From Guillardia theta CCMP2712 (taxonomy: Eukaryota; Protista; Cryptophyta), in contig NW_005434517.1 of the NCBI RefSeq assembly GCF_000315625.1, positions 42,052-106,051 of the forward strand: a stretch of DNA of 64,000 nt, in the 5' to 3' direction. This document shows positions 54,358-64,000 of the stretch, piece after piece. The notes under the pieces are model-generated. The model saw nothing but the letters and a program-made list of their open reading frames with translations. It was not told the origin of the DNA and made no database searches. Numbering within the stretch: the first letter of the stretch is position 1; each line of letters opens with the position of its first letter. Both the position numbers and the translations under genes were made by a program.

Positions 54358-57300
54358 TTACAAGTTTGCTCTCCTAATCTTTCTTGGAAGGGGCCAGGCG
54401 GCTCCTCTTGCTCGCTGCCTCCTCTACTGCCAGCTGGTCGGACGCGAGGAGGAAGTTAAGCTCCGTCTCCTGAGGCTCCAACCAGCGACCTAAGCTCGAC
54501 TTTGATCCGCTGACCTTCCACACTTGAAACGCTTCCTCAGGAAGATAGAGCCACTCGTCCTGCCGCCCTCGTCAGCCGCTTGTTCCTCTCTTATCCTTCT
54601 ACTCTCTTTCTTTTCCTCCTCTCTCTTGTTTCCTCATCATCGCATCGCGCATCTCTCCCAGCCTCCCTGTCCTCACCTCTTCCCCGTCGTTCCAGCGGAC
54701 GCGGTGCATGACCTTGACCACGCCGTTCTTGCTTCTGCTGTCTCCCTTGGAGGGGCTCGCGGCCATGGGGAACGGAACCTTGTAGCCCATTACCTGCTCC
54801 AGGTTGAGACGGTCTGCACAAGAAGCGCTCGAGCAAGCAGCGGGAGGGAGGGAGGGAGGGGGGAAGGGAGGGGAGGAGAGGGGACGCTTGTACCACGCAG
54901 GCATGCCATGCATAGGCCTTGATGTCCTCCGTCCATACGCACACGCGGAGCTTCCGACCCTTTGACGAGCGCAGGCGGAGGTTGACGATGTTGCGGAGCA
55001 GGGAGGCGACACGATCGCCAAGGAGGAGGACGGCGAGGTTAACAGACGCGGCACTGGTGCGGGAGGCGAGCAGCTGCCATGCGCTCCTCTCCTCCTCCTT
55101 GGACCACAGAGCGATCCCCTGCCATGCTCCAGTCACGCCCGCCAGCAGAAGCATCTCCGACTGGGCGACATCACCTGGTCATCGCAGTCGTCCGAGCCCT
55201 CGTCATCGCAAGAGTACTCGATGGTCCCCTGCTGTCCCGTTACCTCCTCTCGCCTCTGCCTCCTCCTCTCGCTTCCTCTTCCTGTTTCCTTCCTCTCCTC
55301 TCCCTCCCACCTGTAGGATCCCGCGAGCAAACTCGAGGCCCTCAGGCCTTCGACCTCCCGCTGGCTCAGCAGCATCCGCACTGCGATGAGACGAGGAGGA
55401 GGAGGAGGAGGAGGAGGAGGAGGAGACGTCATGAAGGAAGCTCTCCATCACAACCATCGCCTGTGGAAGATTAGAGTGTTTGCCAGCTCATGAGAAAGAA
55501 AGCATACATCAGCGACGGCACGGAGACTCTTCGCTTGCTTCAGCTTCTTCGCCCAATCTTGTCTCCTCTTCTGCCAGCTTGAGACAGAGCTAGCCATCGC
55601 TGACAGCTCGTTGTCCTCCTCCTCGTCCTCCTTGTCTTCCTCCTCCGGGTTCGGCTCAGCCACGTAACTCCACCTGCACCAGGCCTCCAGGTTGAGCAGA
55701 TTCTCTCTGGCCATCTTCACTCCATCGTCCTCATCGCCAGGCCCCTGCCCCCTAATCAGTCCCTCCCTCCATCTCTCCTCCTCAGCCCCTCCCCTCTCTC
55801 CATCTCTCCTCACCTCGAACGCTGCTGCATTCGTGCTCAGCTGCTGCAGCTGCAGGAGACAGAGTGAGAGGGACGAGGAACTGAGGAGGGGCAGTACCAC
55901 GTTCATGATTGGAGGAGAGGAGTCGGAAGACTTTGACAAGCGGTTGTAAGGAGCTCTGGCTGACACGTCTTTCACCTTAGTGGCTTTTGAGATCTGAGCA
56001 AAGTCCTGCGACTCATCAACATCAGCTCCATCATCATCATCTTCTCCTCCTCCTCCTCCTTCATCCCCATCATCGTCTTCTCCCTTGTCATCATCATCTC
56101 ATGACCCCTCACTTCATCATCGTTATCTCCACCATCTCTTCTCCTCTTCACCTTCTGATAGCTCAGGAGGCTTCTCAGTCGCTTGAGCAGATTGTTCTCT
56201 TGCATCCCCCGCACGCTCAGCCAGCCCTGGTGGTGACGTCACACAATCTCAGCAGCGCCTGCAGCTCACCATGAGCGCGTCCAGCTCTTCCCCATAGGAG
56301 TAGCAGGTCCACCCTCCTCCCTTGGCCTCCCGCACCAGCACAACATCCGCAACTCCTTCAAGCTGCCAGTACACTCGCTGCAGGCGATCTTGTCCCAGAC
56401 ACTGCAGCAAATGAGAAGGTGAGAACGAAGACGGGGAGGGGGAGGATAGGAGAGAAGAGGGGAAGAGGGGAGGATGGTTAACAGTAGGGAAGGAGAAGGG
56501 GACGGGAGAACGAAGATGAAGGATTCGGAGGAAAGAGAAGGAGTCTGTCGCACCTCCCCTCGCACTTTGACTCGGTCCATATCCCTGTTAAACTCCACGT
56601 CTCGCTTGCGCTTGCGGTCCTCCAGCATCTTCATCTCGCTCTCTATCTCCGTCTCGCTCGGCAGTCGCTCGCTCCCGCTCCTCCGCGACAACCAAACTTC
56701 CTCTGCATCCCCACGTCAGTCTGAGGGAGCCAACAAATCCTCCACCCTCTAACCTGCTCGAGCTCGAGACTGTGCCACCTTCTGGTCCGTCGCTCCAGGA
56801 TCCCCTCCTCCTCCTCCTCCAGCTGCCTCTGCCGCCTTAGCCTTCTTGGAACCCTCGGGCTTGTCTCCCTGTGACTCGCTGCTCCCTCCCGTTGCCTTGG
56901 CGCTCTTCTTCTCCAGCGCTGACTGCAGGTCAAGCTTGCGCTTCTTGTCAAGAGTGTCTGACTCCATCCTGCAAGACTGTGTGAGGGGGACAGGGGCGGG
57001 AAGGAGGGAGAGGGAGAAGAAGGAGAGAGAGAGAAGAAGGAGCTCACCTTGACTTGCGGATCTGATGCTGCGTCTCGAGGTTGAACTCGAGGACCTTGTG
57101 CATGCCCGGCGACGAGCAGGCTTCGTCGCACAGGAAGCGAAGAAGCTTAACCTGGGCGGGAACACGTCATGTACATGAGGACTCATCATGCGGAAACCTT
57201 GAGATCGAGCGGAAGCAAGCTGGGCTCCTGCTCAAGCAGAAGCTTGGCGCAGTCGGAGTACCAGGGCTCCGAGGCCTCTTGAGAGTCGGACAGACTAACG

Positions 57301-58761
57301 AGCAAGACGCTGAGAAGCGCCGGCCAAGTGATGTTGTTCAACAAGGACCAGAGCTGGGGGTGAAGGGACGCCAGTAAGCGCGTGGACGAGCTCGCGAGTT
57401 CTTCACGTACCGGGTAAGAGCCGGAGCCATCTTCCTTAGAGGAGAGGCAGACGTGCTTGACCATGCGGATGTCGCTCGCGTCTCCACGTTTCCCCTCTCT
57501 CTCCTCCTTCACTTCTTCGCTCCCCCGTGCCTGATCCATAGCGTCCAGTGCCGCGTTGGTTAGGCGCATGAAGACTTCATGCAGCTTCGAGTCCGTCCCC
57601 TCCTGCTCAGCACGGGCGTGACTTGCTGACCTCCCGCGGCTCTCGAGGGACCTGCAAGCTCTCGTACAGGAAGTCTGCGTCGATCTTCAGCCCGATCAGC
57701 TGCCGTCCGAACAAGCTCATGAAGCTAACGGCTGCAAGGACATCCTCGACCTGCTCCCTCACGTCAGCGTGAAGCTCAGCCCCCGCCAGTCCCGACTTGC
57801 TCCTCGCCGAAGAGCTGGCATGCGCGCGGCCGCGAGCCTGTCGGAGGCTTGATAAGCGTGTGGGGTTGGCCGGCTAGCTCGCCCTCCTCGATAAGAACCT
57901 GGAGGAAAATCAGCAGGCTAGGAATCAGAGGCTCTTGTACCTCAGCGTCCAGGATCGGTCGCTTTGCTTGCGCGTCTTTCTGCTTCTTCTGCTCTGTACG
58001 CTCGCGCTCTTTCTCTCTCTCTTCTTTCTTCTTTGCCTGTCAAGACCTTAACGCAGAGAAACTCTCACAAGGTCGGAACCTCCTCAGCTTTCTTGCGCAG
58101 CTGATCTTCTTTCCTCTGGTTCTCTCTCTCCTGAGCACAATCTTTGGTTGCTGATGAAACCCTGGCAAAACTCACCTTCTTCAGTCTTTCTCTTTCCTCC
58201 TTCTGCCTCTGCTTCAATTGCTGAAGCAGATATCTTAGTGATTGTATCAGATAACCAACACTCTTACTTCTCTGCGAAGTTTTTCTTCCATCGCAGCTTG
58301 CTTTTTCTGCCATGCATCCTGTCCGTTGCTGGACTTTTCTTTATTTCTCTTCTTCGGAATCACGGTCTTTGGGGCGCCTTTCTTGCCTTTGTCGCACGTG
58401 TGTGCACAGTGAGACCCATACGTGCAAGCTTTGCACTCCTTCCTGCCCGCCTCGTTCCCGTTGTCTGACTTCTCTGCCAGGTCTGCGTGTTTACCCTCGA
58501 GCTTCATCGCGCCCTTGTTCTGGTCTTCATCTTCGCAAGTCTTGACCCGCTGCTGACGCAAGTCAACAAGGAAAAGCAACACATTCGCTCGTCTCACGGC
58601 GAAGGCAGACGAGCTGCCGGAGTCCCTGAACAACTCAATCAGGGCGAGCTCACAGACGTGTATAGTATAGCAGCAGTCGCACAGGCGTGTACGAGAAAAA
58701 AAGAAGATTCAAAACATAGTCAGGGGCTTCACCTTGAGGCAGCCAAATCTCGGAGCGCCAT
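54358..58761 (-). CDS. DDT/WHIM-domain protein (BAZ/ACF1/RLT-like ISWI chromatin-remodelling subunit), multi-exon; start uncertain
   Basis: DDT-like VEDVLAAVSFMSLFGRQLIGL..LHEVFMRL and LLNNITWPALL; WHIM1 VKLLRFLCDEA; WHIM2 LGQDRLQRVYW and LSVRGMQENNL; WHIM3 RRQDWAKKLKQAKSL. Confidence 0.75.
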
Positions 58762-58846
58762 TTCCTTGAGAGCCTGCAGTCTGTCAACAGGCTTGCTGAG
58801 GTGGAAGTTGTGCCGATGCTGAAGCAGCTCATCGTCGCGGGTCAAC

Positions 58847-60145
58847 TCACTCTTGAAGGTCCGTCCTTCTGCCCCCTCCCATCAGCGCTACTGCATGCTC
58901 ACCGAAAGCTGTAAACACCTGCAAGCAGGCGAGTATCAAATGCTGACGAGTTTGTCGCCATGAGCAGCGAAGATGAAGCTGGAAAAAAATCACAAGTCGG
59001 TCAAAGGCAGGACCGACACGGCAAGCACAGCTCATTACCAACGTCTCTCAGCTGATCGGACAACTTGTAAGAGCTGACCTCATTTTGTAACCGAACAGCG
59101 CCCAGCGGGTTTCTGTGAGCAAACATCACTTCCGCAGTTGCTGAAAGTGGCGGTAGAACAAGGGGAGGAGGTGGAGGAACTTAGAAGAAGGGGAAGAGGA
59201 GGTGGAGGAACTTAGAAGAAGGGGAAGAGGGGGTGGAGGAACTTAGAAGAAGGGGAAGAGGAGGTGGAGGAACTCACGAGAACATGGTCATTGGGTTTAT
59301 GCTCTTGTAGTAGTCAAACGGCAGGGAGGTCTTGGGGTCGCCTGGACCAGAGGAGGTAAGTCATGCAGCACAAACAACATCCATCGCCACCTCGCATGAA
59401 GAGGTTAGACGAGCTTGTCCTCTGCTAAGAGCCGTCAGACCTCAGCAGCCACACCGTTATGATTGCAGTCACCGGATCAAAGAATGTGTTGGAGTAGTAG
59501 TTCATAAGTCCGTTGGGGCACCCTTGATTCATCTCCATGTTCATGCTCTGGGTTACAGCTGTTCTGGCCCAGGGCTGGTCGTTGCCTCCTGACAGCCTCT
59601 CTGTCAAAGGATCTCAAGGAGAATCAGGCTCACCATTGAGCATGGACGTGATGTGCATGCTCTTGTCGGGCTTGCTGCATGTGAAGGCGCCTTCTTTGCT
59701 GGGGTCAAGAGACGGAAGAGAATCTTGCGAACGTCCGACAGACATGTCCGAGCTCTTCATGCAACGCGATCGCTCAACCTTGAATCTGGTCTAGTGATAG
59801 TATACCGCTGCCGTCAAATATCCTTCATTACCAGCAGGATGTTGTTTCATCCTATCGCCTCTCGTTGCGAGCTCCAAAAGACATGGTGTGAAACATGTAA
59901 TGAGCCGAAACCATCTGAAACAAAAATTCATTCATGAAAAGTTGAACGTAGTGAGGAATGTATACAGAGAAGCTAACGTCTGCTCTTCAATTTCTTTCCT
60001 CCCTCCCTTCCTGTCAGCTTGTAGGGTTGCTCTAAGTAATATCGCTCCTGTAAACCCCACCTTCCGATTTTCCATTGAATGCCAACTGGCCTACCGTGAC
60101 ATATGAAAATCCATGCTGTGTGCATTGTTCCATCAATCCTCGTTG

Positions 60146-60197
<52 letters not shown>

Positions 60198-60338
60198 ACT
60201 GACTGACTGACTGACTGACTGACTGACTGACTGCGTCCGATACATGCATTTCCTTTTCGTAGTTTCTAATTGATGCCCGAGACACAGCTAATAGAAGTTT
60301 GAAATCTTCTACAGCTCATGTCTTCAACATGTCTTCGA
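58847..60338 (-). CDS. Multi-exon hypothetical protein (could instead be 5' exons of the DDT gene)
   Basis: Short minus-strand exons with GT-AG introns (e.g. KEGAFTCSKPDKSMHITSMLN, CPNGLMNYYSNTFFDPVTAIIT, VFTAFGEHAVALMGG). Confidence 0.4.
59165..59275. repeat. 31-bp minisatellite x3.5 forming most of an intron
   Basis: gaggaggtggaggaacttagaagaaggggaa units. Confidence 0.9.
60144..60233. repeat. Compound (GCCT)n(GACT)n microsatellite
   Basis: Direct observation. Confidence 0.95.
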
Positions 60339-60687
60339 TATGTTTTCATCTTGCTTTGGTCTCTTCCTTTGACTGGCTCACCACTCTTGCTCCCCATTCC
60401 CCCCTCCCCCTCTTTCGCCATCTTTTTTGTTTTTTTAAATTTTTTTAAACCACTACCCATTGCTGCTCTGTTGTGTACAACCACCACCCCACTACCCCAC
60501 TACCCCACCGAATTACTAACATCTACCCCTACGATCACTACCCACCTCAGGCTGGTCGGCGCCGCTAGTCACCCGGGCGGCCCCTCCAACTCCCTCCAGC
60601 ACGGTCAAGATGCCAGTGGCGGCCCAGCGTTGAAAGAGTCTGGTACGAGAACTTCGGAAAACCGGTGGCATCACAAGTGTGATACTG

Positions 60688-60855
60688 AGAGAAACTTGAC
60701 CATCATCATGATAAGAGAAAACCATCATCACGATAAGAGAAACTTGACCGTACCATCCGATGATCATCATGACTCGATGATAAGAGAACTTCCGGAAACC
60801 ATCATCATGATAAGAGAAACTTGACCATCATCATGATAAGGGAAAACCATCATAC
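60688..60855. repeat. Degenerate minisatellite of (aaacttg)accatcatcatgataagaga units
   Basis: About 5-6 imperfect copies, most containing the palindrome atcatgat. Confidence 0.85.
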
Positions 60856-60904
60856 CATGCCATCATCATGTCGGATGAAAGTCACAACTTGGCAATGAAT
60901 TTCC

Positions 60905-61110
60905 AGTCACGGTCACCCGGTCCCGCACCCGGCGTCACCGCAAGTTGCCCGGCGCTCCGTACTGAGCAAGAGGCCGGGCGGTGCCGCCGAGTAGGCGGCC
61001 GCTGAGAGATGCCGGGTCACCGGGCAGGGAGCCGGGGCGGGCGCGCTTTGAGGCAGTGAGCAATTCGCACAGGCCCCTCGGAACGTGGACAGCAGTGACT
61101 CCGCCACCGA
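60905..61110. repeat. GC-rich intergenic island
   Basis: Same gtcac/ccgg/ggccg vocabulary as the other islands. Confidence 0.6.
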
Positions 61111-62599
61111 TGGTTAGACATCGAAGAATCAACCATGTCCGGACCAACTAGAGAGGAAGGGGGAAAAGGCGGGCTAGGGACCTAGACTCAGATTATTTCT
61201 CCGGGGTTCCGAAGTTGAAGCAAAGATGTTTTTAGCGAAAGCAATATGTCAAAATCAAGCGATGCAACGGTGCGAATCTAGAGGGGATTGCGATCGCAGA
61301 AAGCTCTCGGATGTTCATCCAACGAGTTCTGCATCATGCCTTTGGACTCCCTTACATAGAATCAGGGGCCTCGCAGTTGTCGTAGCTGATTCCGGAGGTG
61401 GACTCGGTGTCAGGAGGGTTCCAGACCTGCAGTGACACATTATCGATCAGCGAACTGAGGAGTGAGTAGCAACGCTCTCACATCTCCTGCAGCTGAGTTG
61501 TCAGGCATGTCGAGGTATGGTCCCAGCGCCTTGAAGCCGTTGCCCTTGAAGAAGGAAACATCGGGATGAAGATAATAGAGCATGGGGGACTCTGCAGGGA
61601 TGGCGAACAGCTGAGAAACAAACGATCAGGATTGTGATAAAAAAATTATATGATGCCTCATCATCATAGAATGAAATCATCCATGAACGAAAAGGACGTA
61701 CTGGGGCTTTTATAAATGCCCGTCTCAATACGGAGACATTCCTCAATTTTCAATTTGTATGACACGATCAGCACATTCACATAGAACAAAATTCATTTCC
61801 CTGCCCGGTATTCTTGTCCAGGGTCGTTCATATAGGAAGTCATAATTTTACCAAATGTCATGCCTGATCGTTGGTCTCTTCTATTCAAGATAACATTTTA
61901 CACAACACTATGCTATTGTGTGTACTCTAAAACATAGAATACATTCGCGTTAAACAAATCATCAATTAATTGTATCTATTCAATTTGAAGCTGCCACATC
62001 ATCAACACCTTTATACCTGCACAGGCAAGCATCTGACAATCATCATCATCGACCTCTGGGAGTCTTTTTTTAGTATCGACCGTTCCAATCAAAACACACG
62101 ACATGCTCAATAAGTTATGCACACAGTTTATCACATGAGAAACACACATCATAGTAAAAAGACACGTCACATGCACTTCATGTGATACATGCATAGTTTT
62201 GCTATCGCTCAAGCCGTGTCATGGCGCAGAGATTCTTGCTGTGTCGCATCGTTTGCTTTCTGCTGCACTCACCATGATTCAGATGTCTCTTCGACAGCGC
62301 CTCGCACCCCACCCCCTCCTGCAAAACTACCCCCTCGCACAACCTTGCACCACCCTACCTGAAACGATCATCTTCCCATCCAGTGTACCCCCGAACGGGA
62401 ACTACAAAGTACCGGTAAGATCCCAGGCCTCCCGTGATTGCACAGTACCTGAAGTTTTAGGCAATTCTTAGATCCGCGGCGGGCCGGGCTCGGCGGGCCG
62501 GCAGACCGGGAGAAGTCGAGGCAGGTTACTGAACTTTGATAAGTAAAAGAAGTGGGGGTGAGAGGCGCATGATGATGCACGGAAAGAAAGATACCTGAC

Positions 62600-62684
<85 letters not shown>
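62600..62684. repeat. (GCAGGA)n hexamer repeat upstream of SepSecS
   Basis: Direct observation. Confidence 0.95.
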
Positions 62685-62814
62685 TTCCAGAGTGAAGACA
62701 CCTGAGAGGATAAGATCAAAGTGAACCAGTAAACGTTTAATACAGCAAAGAGCAGGAAGCAGCGAAGGTTGGACAGTGAGTTGAAGCTGGGGACAGCATC
62801 TACTAGTGAACAAG

Positions 62815-64000
62815 ATGAACCCGACCAACTTTGAGCTGGCTGAAGGGTTGATCTCTTCGCGATACATCAAGCAGGCCCTTGAGGCTAGAAACAAGAGGGA
62901 CAACCTGGTGAAGTCCCTGCTTTCACAGCGAAGAATGCCAGAGGACGGGTGGGATGATCAGCAGATCGTGTTCTTCCTGCAGAACCTCTCAGCCATGGAC
63001 TCCAATAACTTCGTAGACAACATCGGCGTGGGAGAGCGTGAAGGCCGAATCTTTAACCGACTCGTGTCGGAAAGATACTACGGCATGAGCCACGGGGTGG
63101 GGAGGAGCGGCGACCTCACTGCCGAACAACCGAAGGCGGCAGGTTCCTCTCTGCTGGGCAAGCTCGCCAATCTCATGGTCATGGATGCTCTAAAGATAGC
63201 GGGCATGCACAACGTGAGCTCCTGCGCCGTCCTGCCTGTTGCAACCGGTATGGCCATTACCTTGTCTCTCATGGGAATCTCTTCAGCCCGTCCTGGAGCG
63301 AAGAAAGTGATCTGGCCGCGGGTGGATCAGAAGACTTGCCTCAAGTCTCTCCTAGCCATGGGCCTGACCCCCATCATCATCGAGAACATGCTGGAAGGCG
63401 ACGAAGTGGTGGCTGACATGAATGCCATCGAGCAGGCCATCATCGAGCATGGACCCGACAACATCCTGACTGTGATTGCCACGACCTCTTGCTTTGCTCC
63501 GCGTCGTCCAGAGAGGATTGTTGCCATCGCCGAGCTGTGCAAGAAGCATGAGGTGCCTCTGCTTGTCAACAACGCGTACGGATGTCAGAGTCGAGTCAAC
63601 ATGAAGAGCATCGCGTCAGCATGTCAGCGAGGACGAATCGATGGAATAGTGCAGAGCACAGACAAAAACTTCATGGTACCGGTGGGAGGAGCTATCCTCG
63701 CGACGGTGAACAGAAACGACGACCTCGTGAAGGCAGTTGCCTCTCTCTATCCCGGGAGAGCTTCTTGCTCTGCCGTCCAAGACCTCTTCATCACGCTCTT
63801 GTCCATGGGACGCAGGGGATACCAGAAGCTCTTGGAGGAAAGGGAGGAGATGCTCGCGTACATGTTCTCGAAGGTCGGAGAAGTTGCGCAGCAGCATGGT
63901 GAGAGGATGTTGAACACTTCTGGCAACGGAATTTCGCTCGCCATGACGCTTGACTCCTATGTCGCCATGGTGGGGAAACCAGGCGTGAGTCAGCTTGGCA
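62815..64000 (+). CDS. SEPSECS: O-phosphoseryl-tRNA(Sec) selenium transferase, intronless, 3'-truncated by the window
   Basis: Open frame from ATG 62815: MPEDGWDD..LSAMDSNNF..GVGEREGR..HGVGRSGDL.AEQPKAAGSSL..LPVATGM..WPRVDQKTC..TTSCFAPR..VNNAYG..VQSTDKNFMVPVGG..YPGRAS. Confidence 0.96.
   Translation, partial: MNPTNFELAEGLISSRYIKQALEARNKRDNLVKSLLSQRRMPEDGWDDQQIVFFLQNLSAMDSNNFVDNIGVGEREGRIFNRLVSERYYGMSHGVGRSGDLTAEQPKAAGSSLLGKLANLMVMDALKIAGMHNVSSCAVLPVATGMAITLSLMGISSARPGAKKVIWPRVDQKTCLKSLLAMGLTPIIIENMLEGDEVVADMNAIEQAIIEHGPDNILTVIATTSCFAPRRPERIVAIAELCKKHEVPLLVNNAYGCQSRVNMKSIASACQRGRIDGIVQSTDKNFMVPVGGAILATVNRNDDLVKAVASLYPGRASCSAVQDLFITLLSMGRRGYQKLLEEREEMLAYMFSKVGEVAQQHGERMLNTSGNGISLAMTLDSYVAMVGKPGVSQLG

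Noticed and set aside
59165-60855. CRISPR-like arrays at 59165-59275 and 60688-60855
   Set aside because: Units are contiguous or degenerate with no unique spacers and no cas genes; the context is eukaryotic.
61200-62300. AT-rich segment as a gene or viral insert
   Set aside because: Only short ORFs without recognisable motifs; cannot be supported.

Overview
This is eukaryotic nuclear DNA with many short spliceosomal introns, microsatellite-filled introns and a 753-nt N gap (40101-40853). The style suggests a cryptophyte alga such as Guillardia theta; this is an inference. About 19 protein genes lie in nearly strict +/- alternation. Recognisable genes: zuotin/DNAJC2-like J protein, PLAC8 protein, calcyphosin-like EF-hand protein, mitochondrial beta-ketoacyl-ACP synthase, EsV-1-7 repeat protein, CDPK-like kinase, a repeat-plus-glycosyltransferase-like protein, IQ/FN3/EF-hand and IQ-repeat proteins, glycyl-tRNA synthetase, a DDT/WHIM chromatin-remodelling subunit, and an intronless SepSecS that runs off the window (absent from the ORF track). 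Several divergent intergenic regions carry GC-rich palindromic islands with perfect 20-bp inverted repeats, some next to decayed copia/gypsy relics. The most notable observation is a GlyRS leader with a signal-peptide-like stretch ending in the ubiquitin C-terminal motif LRLRGG just before the catalytic core. This suggests deubiquitinase-type maturation of a periplastid-targeted translation factor. The zuotin homologue also has a signal-like leader. Gene boundaries were spliced by eye and are approximate.
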